Numbered from the stretch's first letter, positions 1 through 9,497 are shown. The stretch is DNA of 64,000 nt from Paludisphaera mucosa (GCF_029589435.1 NZ_JARRAG010000001.1:236808-300807), one strand, 5' to 3'. Notes: generated from the sequence alone by a model not told the origin. Numbers and translations: made by a program.

Positions 1-789
1 CAAGGTCAGGCCGGGCGAGCCGGTCGCCCAGGCCAGGCCCTTGTTGGAGTTCGTCCCCGGCGTGGCGACGATGGCCTGCATGCAGTTCTGGGCGTACTGG
101 ACCACCTGGGGCATGATGGTCCGCGCGTCGCGGACGATCATGTTGCCGGGCACGCTGCCGGGCACCCCCGAGACGTACTGCCGCCACTTCGTCCGCGTGT
201 TGTTGTAGTCGCCGACCAGGGCCTCGGTGTGCGAGATCGTGTTCGAGGTGCCGTCGGTGATGTCGGCGACCGAGTAGGCCGTCTGCTCGGGGGCGAAGGT
301 GCCGTTGGTGTTGACGGCCCAGGGGTCGGTGCCGGTGCCGAACGAGCCGAAGTAGCTGTTGATGTGGTCCTTGCCGGCCTGGCCGTCGGACGGGCAGAGG
401 AACGCGTTGACCTTCGTGTTCCAGACCGTCGCGTTCAGGCTCGCGCCCATGCCGTACCAGACGGTCCAGGCGAAGTTGCACGAGTTGTACAGCGGCGTCT
501 GCTCCAGGTAGGGGAGCATCATCGAGTGGGCGCTGAAGGTTCCCCAGGTCGTCTGCACGCCCGGGTCGGAGTAGGCGATGGCGTTGCCCATCGGGAACGA
601 GCCGGCCGCCTGGTGGTAGTTGTGCATCGCCAGCCCCATCTGCTTGAGGTTGTTCGTGCACTGGGCCCGTCGGGCCGCCTCGCGCGCCGACTGCACGGCC
701 GGGAGCAGGAGCGCGATCAGCACCGCGATGATCGCGATGACGACCAAAAGCTCGATGAGCGTGAATCCGCCGCGTCGATCGAATTTCAT
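1..789 (-). CDS. DUF1559 family protein (H-X9-DG-like) with type IV pilin-like N-terminal methylation motif; 3' end truncated by window edge
   Basis: The reverse complement of 721-789 translates to MKFDRRGGFTLIELLVVIAIIAVLIALLLPAVQSAREAARR, the classic prepilin-type leader of planctomycete DUF1559 proteins. The ATG is the reverse complement of 787-789. The frame is not in the ORF track because it is open at the window edge. Confidence 0.85.
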   Translation of the reverse strand, partial: MKFDRRGGFTLIELLVVIAIIAVLIALLLPAVQSAREAARRAQCTNNLKQMGLAMHNYHQAAGSFPMGNAIAYSDPGVQTTWGTFSAHSMMLPYLEQTPLYNSCNFAWTVWYGMGASLNATVWNTKVNAFLCPSDGQAGKDHINSYFGSFGTGTDPWAVNTNGTFAPEQTAYSVADITDGTSNTISHTEALVGDYNNTRTKWRQYVSGVPGSVPGNMIVRDARTIMPQVVQYAQNCMQAIVATPGTNSNKGLAWATGSPGLTL

Positions 790-851
790 GGGATGAGGCC
801 TCGCGTCCTGGGAGATGGATGGAGAGGGAAACGCGCCCCGCGGGAAGCGGG

Positions 852-1040
852 TCAATGCGCCTTGGACTTGCCGCCCTTGCCCTGCATGAACTCCTTCATC
901 GCGTCCTGGCCCTTGGCGTCGGTCTTGATCGCTTCGGCCGACCGTTCGGCGGTCGACGTGCTGCCGGAATCCCCGCAGCCCGAGATCGACCACGAGGCGG
1001 CCACGGCGGCCGCGAGCGCAATCCGGAACTTCCGATCCAT
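852..1040 (-). CDS. small putative lipoprotein (about 62 aa)
   Basis: Internal ATG (reverse complement of 1038-1040) of track ORF 852..1127. The product MDRKFRIALAAAVAASWSISGCGDS has a lipobox-like signal. It lies immediately downstream of the DUF1559 gene. Confidence 0.4.
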   Translation of the reverse strand: MDRKFRIALAAAVAASWSISGCGDSGSTSTAERSAEAIKTDAKGQDAMKEFMQGKGGKSKAH

Positions 1041-1502
1041 AGGTCGGCCTTTCGCTTCGCGTGACGTGTGATGGGCGTAAGAAACGAGCCGGACGAATCG
1101 ACAGGTGTGTCGCAAAGACAGGTGCAAGTGGGGCGGGTCGATCGCCCGGAGCAGGAACCTATCCGACGCGCGATATGCCGAACAATATCGTTGATCTAAA
1201 TTTAGCGCGATCCTGCCGCGGCGCCCGCCGCCATGGGCGCGCGTGTGGATGCGGAACCGCTCTCGCAGGCCGGCGCGTGATGCCGTGGACCCTGGCCGCC
1301 GAACCCGTCGGCAGGGCGCGAATGGGGCCGAAAACCCGAGAAAACGGCCCCTGGCTCGCGAAGTCGTCGCGGCCTCGCGGTCACGCGCCGGGCGGGGCCG
1401 ACGACCCTCGGCCGGTCCCTCGGGGAGCGATCGAATCCACGCCAGCTTAAGACATTCGCATCGCTTGATGTCGAAGCGGCGCGGTCGAGGTCCCGGGCGG
1501 GA

Positions 1503-1697
1503 TCAGCCCTGGGCCGGCCGCTCGGCGTCGGGGACCGCGCCGGCGCGCTCCATCGGGCGCTGGGCGTCGGTGACGGCGAGGCCCACGAGGAAGGCGATCC
1601 AGGCGAGGAAGAGGGCGACGGCGGCGGCGAAGCGGCGGCGGTCGCGCGGGGCGGGGGCGGACGTGGTCGGGTTCGCGGGTCGGGTCTCGGCGGTCAT
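1503..1697 (-). CDS. small hydrophobic protein (64 aa), possibly translationally coupled to the upstream gene
   Basis: The ATG lies 3 nt after the TGA of the 1701..2198 gene. There is one predicted TM segment (FAAAVALFLAWIAFLVGLAV). Composition is otherwise Arg/Pro-rich, so the call is weak. Confidence 0.3.
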   Translation of the reverse strand: MTAETRPANPTTSAPAPRDRRRFAAAVALFLAWIAFLVGLAVTDAQRPMERAGAVPDAERPAQG

Positions 1698-1700
1698 GCG

Positions 1701-2198
1701 TCAATCGTCCTCGGGGGCGTCCGGGGCGTCGTCGGGGTCGTCCTCGGCGAGCGGGGCGGGGCGGAAGTCGGTCTCGAAGTCGAAGACGTCGTCGAAGTCC
1801 TCGCGGCGGTCGTGGGGCGTCTTGTCCAGGTCGCCGGAGGCGATCAGGTTGTAGATGATCTCGCCGACGTCCGAGGTCGAGCGCAGGCCCCAGCGGGCGA
1901 GGACGGGCATGGCGAGCATGCCGTATTCGCGGAGCGCCAGCCGCCGCACCGCGAGGCAGACCTGGCGGCCGGTGACGTGGCCCGAGGGGGGCTCGTCCTT
2001 GGCCTTCTTCCGCGCGCCCCGGCCCTTGAGGGGGCGGGCGGCCCGCTCGCGCTCGCGTTCCCGGCCGAGCCGGCGGGCCTCGCGGAGCTTGCGGTTGCGG
2101 GCCAGGTGCAGCGATTCCAGGACGAAGGCGTAGGCCTCCAGCGAGTACCGCGGGTCCTTGGCGATGACGCGGCAGATCTCGTCGCGGAAGTTGCTCAT
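1701..2198 (-). CDS. conserved hypothetical protein with acidic C-terminal tail (165 aa)
   Basis: Product MSNFRDEICRVIAKDPRYSLEAYAFVLESLHLARNRKLREARRL...DDPDDAPDAPEDD has balanced composition in its first 100 aa. Its ATG overlaps the stop of the upstream PSP1 gene (ATGA at 2195-2198). Confidence 0.7.
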   Translation of the reverse strand: MSNFRDEICRVIAKDPRYSLEAYAFVLESLHLARNRKLREARRLGRERERERAARPLKGRGARKKAKDEPPSGHVTGRQVCLAVRRLALREYGMLAMPVLARWGLRSTSDVGEIIYNLIASGDLDKTPHDRREDFDDVFDFETDFRPAPLAEDDPDDAPDAPEDD

Positions 2199-3103
2199 TC
2201 TTCGAACCCCGAGTCGGGATCGTCGTCTTCCAGGCCGTCGCGGGGTTCGCCGTCGGACGCCGAAGGGGCCGGGCCGTCGGGCCGCCGGGGGGCCCGCGTC
2301 TTGGGCTCGACGGCGAGGACGTCGGCGAGGCCGATGATGATCCGGCGGCCGTCCTCGTACTCGACGACGAGCTTCTGCGCCAGGACGTCCTGGGCCATGA
2401 CCCGGCCCCGGCCCTTGACGGTCTCGACCCGCGAGCCGTTGGGGGGCAGGGCCTTCTCGGCGTCGCGGTAGGCGTCGTACTCGTAGCGGAGGCAGCACTT
2501 GAGCCGGCCGCAGCGGCCCGAGATCTTGGACGGGTCGAGGGTCGTCTTCTGGAGCTTGGCCATCTTCATCGAGACCGGCGGCATTTGCGAAAGGTGGGTA
2601 TTGCAGCAGACCGGCTTGCCGCAGTCGCCGTAGTCGGCCAGCAGCTTCGCCTCGTCGCGGACGCCGATCTGACGCATCTCGATCCGCGTCCGCAGGGCTC
2701 GCGCGAGGTCGCGCACCAGCTCGCGGAAGTCGACCCGCTTCTCGGCCAGGTAGTAGAAGATGGTCCGCTCGCGGCCGAAGAGGATCTCGACGTCGACCAG
2801 GTTCATCTGCATCCGGCGGCGGGCGATCAGCTCCTGGCAGGTGGCGAAGGCGATCTTCTCCAGCGGCGGCAGGGCCTGTTCGAGCTGGAGGTCGGGGCCC
2901 TCGGCCGGCCGGACGATCTCGCCGGGGTCGCGGCGCTCCAGGGCCTGGGCCGAGCGCTCGGTCAGGGGGCAGAGGACCTCGCCCAGCTCGAGGCCGCGGT
3001 CGCTGCGGACGACCACCCGCTGGCCGCGCGGATGCTCCACGCCCGGCGCGGCTTGGCACGCGCCCAGGATCCGCATCCGGCCGTATCGGACGATGTAGCC
3101 CAT
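2195..3103 (-). CDS. PSP1 C-terminal domain protein (RicT/YaaT-like)
   Basis: Contains CCNTHLSQMP and GRCGRLKCCLRYEYDAYRD motifs typical of the PSP1/YaaT family. The ORF is 302 aa. Confidence 0.85.
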   Translation of the reverse strand: MGYIVRYGRMRILGACQAAPGVEHPRGQRVVVRSDRGLELGEVLCPLTERSAQALERRDPGEIVRPAEGPDLQLEQALPPLEKIAFATCQELIARRRMQMNLVDVEILFGRERTIFYYLAEKRVDFRELVRDLARALRTRIEMRQIGVRDEAKLLADYGDCGKPVCCNTHLSQMPPVSMKMAKLQKTTLDPSKISGRCGRLKCCLRYEYDAYRDAEKALPPNGSRVETVKGRGRVMAQDVLAQKLVVEYEDGRRIIIGLADVLAVEPKTRAPRRPDGPAPSASDGEPRDGLEDDDPDSGFEE

Positions 3104-3272
3104 GCCCCGGATTATGACCGCGGGCCGATCGCGGCGGAAGGGGAGAACCGCCGGCCGCGAATCCGTCTTCTAAGGTTCGGCCCGAGTCGACATAATACGC
3201 GCTCCGGTAAAGAAGACGGAATTCGGCGCGGCGCGGCCGTCGCCGGAGAAGCCAAGGACAGGACGCTCCACC

Positions 3273-3491
3273 ATGATCAAAGACGATATGCTCGCCCTTC
3301 TGGTCTGCCCGCTCGGCCGCGCCCCGCTGCGGCTCGAGGGCGAATCCCTCGTCTGCACCCGTTGCGGCCTCCGCTACGCCATCCACGACGACATCCCGAA
3401 CATGCTGTACGAGGAGGCCGAGCTGCCGCCCGGCGTCAAGTCGATCGCCGACCTCGCGTGCTCCAGGACGGCCGACGTCGCGAAGGCCTGA
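3273..3491 (+). CDS. Trm112 family protein (DUF343/YcaR-like), 72 aa
   Basis: Product is MIKDDMLALLVCPLGRAPL...VCTRCGLRYAIHDDIPNMLYEEA. The LLVCP...C..C...Y.I.DGIP.ML pattern matches Trm112. Confidence 0.8.
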   Translation: MIKDDMLALLVCPLGRAPLRLEGESLVCTRCGLRYAIHDDIPNMLYEEAELPPGVKSIADLACSRTADVAKA

Positions 3492-3537
3492 CCGAAGGGC
3501 GGTCCGGCGGTCGTTGCGGGCGGGCGGAGAGGCGAGC

Positions 3538-4392
3538 ATGACGACATCGCAAAACGCGGCCGCGGACCTGTCCCGCGACCGCGCCTTCCTGGAGTCGCTG
3601 GCGGACCGCGACCGCTGGTTCTACACCCATTACGTCTGGGCGGTCGACGTGATCGCCGAGCAGCTCGGGCGGGTGGTCCCGCTGGAGGGGGCGTCCGTCT
3701 TCGACTTCGGCTGCGGCGAGGGCCTGATGGCCCGGGGCCTGGCGCCGATCTGCCGCGAGGTCAAGGGCGTCGACGTCGTCCCCAAGTTCGTCGGGCTCGA
3801 CGCCCGCATCGAGGGCGTCTTCGGGCCCGGCCATTCGGTGCCGCCGGTCGACCTCCGGCTGGTCGACCCCTTCGAGCCGCTGCCTTACGCCGACGGCGCG
3901 TTCGACGCCGCGTTCGCCTGGTCGGTCTTCGAGCACGTCGGCGACCCCGGGAGGTCGATCCGCGAGATCCACCGCGTGCTGCGGCCCGGCGGGGCCTTCT
4001 TCCTGATCATCAACCCGATGTACCACTCGGCCATGGGCGGCCACCTGTGGAACGTCCTCGACGAGCCCTGGATCCACCTCCGGCTCTCGCGCGAGGAGCT
4101 GTTCGACCGCGTCCGCAAGGCGATCCTCAAGGCCGAGGTCGAGGAGGGCCGGACCGACGTCTGGCAGGGGAAGACCGTCGAGGAGTATCGCGACACCCTG
4201 CTGCGGTGCCTCGACAGCCTGAACATGCTGACCATCCGCCAGCTCAAGGACCACCTCCGCTACGCCGGCTTCACCCTCGTCGCCGAGGAGATCCGCCAGA
4301 GCCTCCCCCACGAGCCCCCCGCCGACCTGCTCGAAGCCTACCCCCGCGAAGACCTGATGAGCGACGAGGTCCGCCTGCTGCTGCGGCGCTGA
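3538..4392 (+). CDS. class I SAM-dependent methyltransferase
   Basis: Motif I VFDFGCGEG and the post-I region LRPGGAFFL are present. ATG at 3538 follows a GGAGAGG-like RBS. It lies 47 nt downstream of the Trm112 homologue. Confidence 0.75.
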   Translation: MTTSQNAAADLSRDRAFLESLADRDRWFYTHYVWAVDVIAEQLGRVVPLEGASVFDFGCGEGLMARGLAPICREVKGVDVVPKFVGLDARIEGVFGPGHSVPPVDLRLVDPFEPLPYADGAFDAAFAWSVFEHVGDPGRSIREIHRVLRPGGAFFLIINPMYHSAMGGHLWNVLDEPWIHLRLSREELFDRVRKAILKAEVEEGRTDVWQGKTVEEYRDTLLRCLDSLNMLTIRQLKDHLRYAGFTLVAEEIRQSLPHEPPADLLEAYPREDLMSDEVRLLLRR

Positions 4393-4507
4393 GCCGGCCG
4401 ACGGTTTCTGAGGTTGCGGCCGGAGATGCGGCGGGGAGACAATGGGTCCGGGTCTTTCGAGCCTGGTCGCGCGTCCGCCCGTGCGGGCCGCCTGGAAGGA
4501 TGAGTCG

Positions 4508-5962
4508 ATGGCGCTCTTGCTCTGCCTGGTCTGTGCGGGGATGGCGTGGGACGACGGCCCGCCGGCCGCGCCCGCGGCGACGCCGGCGCTCGACGTCGTC
4601 TCCGCGTTCGAGAAGGTCCTCACCGACGTGATCGCCCGGACCGAGGGCTCGGTCGTGGCCATCCATCGCGACAAGGGCGAGAACGCCCGCGAGACCCTGG
4701 CCGTGCGCGGCCGGCCCCGCGCCCGGACCGACGCCGAGGCGCGGTTCGCCCCCATCCGGCCGGCCGACGACGCGGCGATCTCGTTCGACTTCGGCTCGGG
4801 CGTGGTGATCGGCGACGACGGCGAGATCCTGACCGCCTTCCACGTCGTCCGGGGCGCCACCCGGCTGGTGGTCCGGGCCGTCGACCGCCAGGAGTTCGAG
4901 GCCGAGGTCATCGCCGCGGACCCCCGCAGCGACCTCGCCGTGATCGCGCCCGTCGCCGGCCCCGGCCTGGAGAAGCCCCGGCTCAAGCCGATCCCCCTGG
5001 GCGACGCGACGACCCTGCGCAAGGGGGCCTTCCTCGTCACCCTGGGGAACCCGTTCAACGCCGCGATGCAGGACGGCCGCGCCAACGCCAGCTGGGGCGT
5101 CCTCTCGAACGTCGCCCGCCGGGTCTCGTACGATCCGGAGGTCGGCTCGGGGAGGGACCGGCCCCCCCAGCTGCCGCACTATCCGACCCTGCTGCAGCTC
5201 GACTCCAAGCTCAACCTCGGCATGAGCGGCGGGGCCGTCGTGAACCTGAAGGGGGAGCTGGTGGGCCTGACCACCACGGCCGCCAGCCCCGCCGGCTACG
5301 ACGCCATGGCCGGCTACGCCTTCCCCATCGACCATATGGGCCGCCGCGCCGTGGAGGCCCTGAGGCAGGGGAAAGAGGTCGAGTACGGCCTGCTCGGCAT
5401 CCGCCAGACCCCCGGCTTCACCGGCAACCGCCGCGAGGCGAACCGGATCTCCGAGGTCTCCCCCAACTCGCCGGCCGCCCTCGGCGACCTCCTGCAGGGC
5501 GACGCGATCGTCTCGATCAACGGCGTCCCGGTCTACGACTTCTCGACCCTGATCGTGGCCGTCAGCGCCTACGCCCCCGGCGAGAAGATCCGCATGAAGA
5601 TCATCCGCGAGGGCCGCGAGCTGGAGCGGACGCTGGTGATCGCCAAGTTCCCCGTCGAGGGCGAGATCATCGCCACCGTCCGCCCCCCCGCCTGGCGCGG
5701 GATCCGCGTCGACCACCGCAGCCTGCTCATCGCCCCCCAGCTGGGGCTCAACCCGATCGAGGCGCTCCCGCAGGGCGTCGTCGTCCGCGAGGTCGAGCCC
5801 GGATCCCCGGCCGAGAAGGCCGGCCTCAAGCCCTGGCAGATGATCCGCGAGGTCGCCGACCGCCCCGTCGCCGACCCCGCCGACTTCGCCAAGGCCGTCG
5901 CCGACCGCAAGGGCCCCGTCCGCCTCATGACCGACCGCGGACCCGTCACCGTCGCCCCCTGA
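4508..5962 (+). CDS. HtrA/DegP-family trypsin-like serine protease with C-terminal PDZ domains
   Basis: Contains the catalytic-Ser motif GMSGGAV (protease_catalytic), the His region ILTAFHVV, and two PDZ-like segments. A signal-peptide-like start MALLLCLVCAGMAW occurs at internal ATG 4508; the track ORF begins at 4442. Confidence 0.8.
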   Translation: MALLLCLVCAGMAWDDGPPAAPAATPALDVVSAFEKVLTDVIARTEGSVVAIHRDKGENARETLAVRGRPRARTDAEARFAPIRPADDAAISFDFGSGVVIGDDGEILTAFHVVRGATRLVVRAVDRQEFEAEVIAADPRSDLAVIAPVAGPGLEKPRLKPIPLGDATTLRKGAFLVTLGNPFNAAMQDGRANASWGVLSNVARRVSYDPEVGSGRDRPPQLPHYPTLLQLDSKLNLGMSGGAVVNLKGELVGLTTTAASPAGYDAMAGYAFPIDHMGRRAVEALRQGKEVEYGLLGIRQTPGFTGNRREANRISEVSPNSPAALGDLLQGDAIVSINGVPVYDFSTLIVAVSAYAPGEKIRMKIIREGRELERTLVIAKFPVEGEIIATVRPPAWRGIRVDHRSLLIAPQLGLNPIEALPQGVVVREVEPGSPAEKAGLKPWQMIREVADRPVADPADFAKAVADRKGPVRLMTDRGPVTVAP

Positions 5963-6033
5963 GCGGGACGGACGTCGACGCCGAGCCACGACCCGAACGC
6001 GCCCGATTCCTTGATGCCTGGGGAGACCGAACC

Positions 6034-6339
6034 ATGCCCGTCGTCCATGCCGGCACGAGCGAGGCGGCGATCCTGGGTCGCGTCCTCCAGCCCGAACAGG
6101 CGACCCTGGACGCCGGCGCGGCGCGGGCGATCCTCGCCTTCGGCTTCAGCCCGGCCGACAAGGACCGCATGGTCGAGCTGCTGGCCAGGGCCAAGATGGG
6201 GACGCTGACCGCCGACGAGTCGACCGAGATCGACAATTACGAGCGAGTCGGGCATATGCTTTCGCTTTTGAAGTCGAAGGCCAGGCTGTCCCTGAAATTG
6301 AACGGCGATCAGGGGGAAAAGACCGGGGCCCTCGGATAA
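6034..6339 (+). CDS. small hypothetical protein (101 aa) translationally coupled to HNH endonuclease
   Basis: ATG at 6034 and TAA at 6337-6339, with the next ATG at 6343. The product is MPVVHAGTSEAAILGRVLQPEQATLDAGAARAILAFGFSPADKDRMVELLARAKMGTLTADESTEIDNYERVGHMLSLLKSKARL. It is the tail of an otherwise Arg-rich artefactual frame. Confidence 0.55.
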   Translation: MPVVHAGTSEAAILGRVLQPEQATLDAGAARAILAFGFSPADKDRMVELLARAKMGTLTADESTEIDNYERVGHMLSLLKSKARLSLKLNGDQGEKTGALG

Positions 6340-6342
6340 CCG

Positions 6343-6747
6343 ATGGACCGCGCGATCGAGAGGTCGGTGCGGCGACGCGCCGCCGGCCGGTGCGAATACT
6401 GCCGAATGTCGCAGGCCGACGACGAACTGCCTTTCGAGGTCGACCACATCATCGCCGAGCAGCACGACGGCCGGACCCAGGAGGGAAACCTCTGCCTGGC
6501 CTGCTTCTCGTGCACTCGCCATAAAGGGCCGAACATCGCCGGGGTGGATCCCGAGACCGGGAACATCGTCCCGCTCTTCAACCCCCGACGTCAGAAGTGG
6601 CCGCGTCACTTCCGCTGGGACGGTCCCGTCTTGACCGGCCGGACGGCGAGCGGTCGGGCGACGATCGTCGTCCTGAAGATCAACCTCGACTATCGGATCG
6701 ACCTGCGCCGCGCCCTGATCGAAGAAGGGGGCTTCCCACCGCCTTGA
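6343..6747 (+). CDS. stand-alone HNH endonuclease (134 aa)
   Basis: HNH-type signature CEYCRMS...EVDHIIAEQHDGRTQEGNLCLACFSCTRHKG, with Cys pairs flanking the His-Asn core. Confidence 0.8.
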   Translation: MDRAIERSVRRRAAGRCEYCRMSQADDELPFEVDHIIAEQHDGRTQEGNLCLACFSCTRHKGPNIAGVDPETGNIVPLFNPRRQKWPRHFRWDGPVLTGRTASGRATIVVLKINLDYRIDLRRALIEEGGFPPP

Positions 6748-6872
6748 TGGGTCGCAAGTCCCTGGGGCTCACCAAGCCGGGTTGTCCCGAGGTCCCGCGT
6801 CCTGCACAATGGGGTCTCGGCGCGCCCGCGCGCCGCTCGGTCCTCCCGTACCCGTCAGTCTGCGGACCTTCC

Positions 6873-9497
6873 ATGAAAACCGACGAACTCCGTGAAGCGT
6901 ATCTCGACTTCTTCGCCTCCAAGGGCTGCGTCCGCAAGCCGAGCGACGTGCTGGCGCCGAACGACCCGACGGTCCTCTTCACGCCGGCCGGGATGAACCA
7001 GTTCAAGCGCGAGTTCATGGGCCTGGGCGACCCGACCTTCAAGCGGGCCACGACCTGCCAGAAGTGCATCCGCACCGGCGACATCGAGAACGTCGGCAAG
7101 ACCCCGCGGCACATGACGTTCTTCGAGATGCTGGGGAACTTCAGCTTCGGCGACTACTTCAAGCGCGAGGCGATCCACTGGGCCTGGGAGTTCCTCGTCA
7201 AGCGCCTGGCGATCGACCCGAACCGCCTGACGTTCACCGTCTACCAGGACGACGACGAGGCGTTCGACATCTGGAACAAGGAGATCGGCGTCGCCGCCGG
7301 CCGCATCAAGCGGATGGGCGAGGACGACAACTTCTGGCCCGCCGGGGCCCCGACCCACGGCCCCAACGGCGTCTGCGGGCCCTGCTCGGAGATCTTCTAC
7401 CACGGCGACGGCATCGAGGAAGTCGAGATCTGGAACCTCGTCTTCACCCAGTTCAACCGCGTCGGGCCCGGCCTGCTCGAACCCCTGCCGAACAAGAACA
7501 TCGACACCGGCATGGGCCTCGAACGCGCCGCGGCGGCCCTGCAGGGGGCCAAGTCGAACTACGAGATCGACCTCTTCATCCCGATCGTCGCCGCCGCGGC
7601 CGACGCCCTGGGCGTCGACTACCCCAAGATCAAGGACACCGTCGACGGCGTCCGCATCCGCCGGGCCAGCGACCACGTCCGCACCCTGACCTTCTGCCTC
7701 CACGAGAACGTCCGCCCCGGCCCCGAGAAGCAGGGCTACGTCGTCCGCCGCCTGCTCCGCCGCGCCGTGCTCGACGCCTACCAGATGGGCCGCCGCGAGC
7801 CCTTCCTCTACACCCTCGCCCCGGTCGTCGCCGAGGCCATGAAGGGGGGGTACCCCGAGCTGGCCGACAGCGTCCCGCGGATCCAGCACGCGATCCGCGA
7901 CGAGGAGGAGCGGTTCCTGCGCAACCTCGAGAACGGGATGCGGCTGCTCAACGACACCTTCCGCAAGACCAAGGCCGCCGGCTCCGACGTCGTCTCGGGC
8001 GGCGACGCCTTCGACCTGCTCTCGACCTACGGGATCCCCGTCGAGGTCACCGAGAGCCTCGCCGCCGACCAGAACCTGCGGATCGACGAGAAGGGCTTCG
8101 AGGCCGCCCGCGTCAAGTTCGCCGCCGTCTCCCGGGGGACCGCCGAGGCCGCCGACGTCTTCGCCGTCGGCCCGCTCGACTCCCTCAAGGAGGCCTACCA
8201 CAAGGGCACCGCGTTCCTCGGCTATACGACGACCGAGGCGCCCGCCAAGGTGATCGGCATCCTCGAACAGGGCCGGCTCGCCGATTCCGCCGAGGTCTCC
8301 GCGGGCGGCCCGCCGATCGCCCTGGTGCTCGACCAGACCCCGTTCTACGGCGAGTCGGGCGGCCAGGTCGGCGACGTGGGCGTCGTCAGGGGGCCGGGCT
8401 TCACCTTCCAGGTCGAGGACACCAAGAAGGAGAACGACTTCTTCCTGCACCTGGGCCGGGTCGTCGAGGGCCGGATCGCCGTCGGTGCCGAGGCCGTGGC
8501 GACCGTCGACGCCGACCGCCGGCAGGCCATCCGCCGCGCCCACTCGGCGACGCACCTGCTGCACAACGCGCTGCACAAGCACCTGGGTAAGCACGCCCAG
8601 CAGGCCGGCAGCAAGGTCGAGCCCGACCGCCTGCGGTTCGACTTCTCGAACCCCGAGGCCGTCGGCAAGGAACGTCTGCAGGCGATCGAGAAGTCGGTCA
8701 ACGACCTGGTCATGACCGCCGCGCCCGTCACCTGGACCCTGATGCCGATCGCCGAGGCCAAGACCCTGGGCGCGATGGCCCTGTTCGGCGAGAAGTACCC
8801 CGAGGTCGTCCGGGTCGTCCAGATGGGCGACTTCTCGCGCGAGCTTTGCGGCGGCACCCACCTCGACAGCGTGGGTCAGGTGGGCCTGTTCAAGATCCTG
8901 GCCGAAGAGTCGGTCGCCGCCGGCACGCGGCGGATCGTCGCCCTGACGGGCCGGGCCGCGCTCGACTTCGTCCACCAGGAGGAGGAGACGCTGGGGAACC
9001 TTTCGGCCAACCTCCGCGTCCCCGCCGGCCAGGTGGGCGACCGCGTCGCGGCGCTCCTGGAGGAGATCAAGGCCCTCAAGAAGCAGGCCGCCCAGCGCAA
9101 GCCCGAGGCGGCCCCCAAGGCGACGGCCGACGACCTGCTCGCCGCCGCCCGCACGGCGGGCGAGGCGACGGTGGTCATCGCCTCGGTCGCCGACGCCACG
9201 GTCGACGAGCTGCGAGTCCTGATCGACGGCCTCCGGCGCAAGCGCGAGAAGGGCCTGGCCGTCCTGCTCGCCTCTTCGGGCGAGGGGAAGGTGATGCTCG
9301 TGGCCGCGTTCTCGAAGGACCTGGTCGAGCAGGGGCGGAACGCCGGCCAGTGGCTCAAGAAGGTCGCCCCGGCCGTCGGCGGCGGGGGCGGCGGCCGACC
9401 CGACCTCGCCCAGGCCGGCGGCAAGGACCCCGCCAAGATCCCCGACGCCCTGGAGCTGGCCTGGGCCGTCGTCAGCGGCGAGCTGGGGGGGGCCTGA
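6873..9497 (+). CDS. alaS: alanine--tRNA ligase
   Basis: Begins MKTDELREAYLDFFASKGCVRKPSDVLAPNDPTVLFTPAGMNQFK, the canonical AlaS N-terminus. Class II motifs, the editing domain (HSATHLLH) and a C-terminal DHHA1-like GGGGG region are present. Length is 874 aa. Confidence 0.95.
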   Translation: MKTDELREAYLDFFASKGCVRKPSDVLAPNDPTVLFTPAGMNQFKREFMGLGDPTFKRATTCQKCIRTGDIENVGKTPRHMTFFEMLGNFSFGDYFKREAIHWAWEFLVKRLAIDPNRLTFTVYQDDDEAFDIWNKEIGVAAGRIKRMGEDDNFWPAGAPTHGPNGVCGPCSEIFYHGDGIEEVEIWNLVFTQFNRVGPGLLEPLPNKNIDTGMGLERAAAALQGAKSNYEIDLFIPIVAAAADALGVDYPKIKDTVDGVRIRRASDHVRTLTFCLHENVRPGPEKQGYVVRRLLRRAVLDAYQMGRREPFLYTLAPVVAEAMKGGYPELADSVPRIQHAIRDEEERFLRNLENGMRLLNDTFRKTKAAGSDVVSGGDAFDLLSTYGIPVEVTESLAADQNLRIDEKGFEAARVKFAAVSRGTAEAADVFAVGPLDSLKEAYHKGTAFLGYTTTEAPAKVIGILEQGRLADSAEVSAGGPPIALVLDQTPFYGESGGQVGDVGVVRGPGFTFQVEDTKKENDFFLHLGRVVEGRIAVGAEAVATVDADRRQAIRRAHSATHLLHNALHKHLGKHAQQAGSKVEPDRLRFDFSNPEAVGKERLQAIEKSVNDLVMTAAPVTWTLMPIAEAKTLGAMALFGEKYPEVVRVVQMGDFSRELCGGTHLDSVGQVGLFKILAEESVAAGTRRIVALTGRAALDFVHQEEETLGNLSANLRVPAGQVGDRVAALLEEIKALKKQAAQRKPEAAPKATADDLLAAARTAGEATVVIASVADATVDELRVLIDGLRRKREKGLAVLLASSGEGKVMLVAAFSKDLVEQGRNAGQWLKKVAPAVGGGGGGRPDLAQAGGKDPAKIPDALELAWAVVSGELGGA

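Noticed and set aside
4271-5989. 572-aa minus-strand ORF antisense to the HtrA-like protease gene
   Set aside because: Extreme Arg/Gly/Asp/Ala composition typical of the antisense frame in 70% GC DNA. No motifs. It overlaps a well-supported gene.
6855-8975. 706-aa minus-strand ORF antisense to alaS
   Set aside because: Low-complexity Arg/Gly/Asp-rich translation. alaS on the opposite strand is unambiguous.
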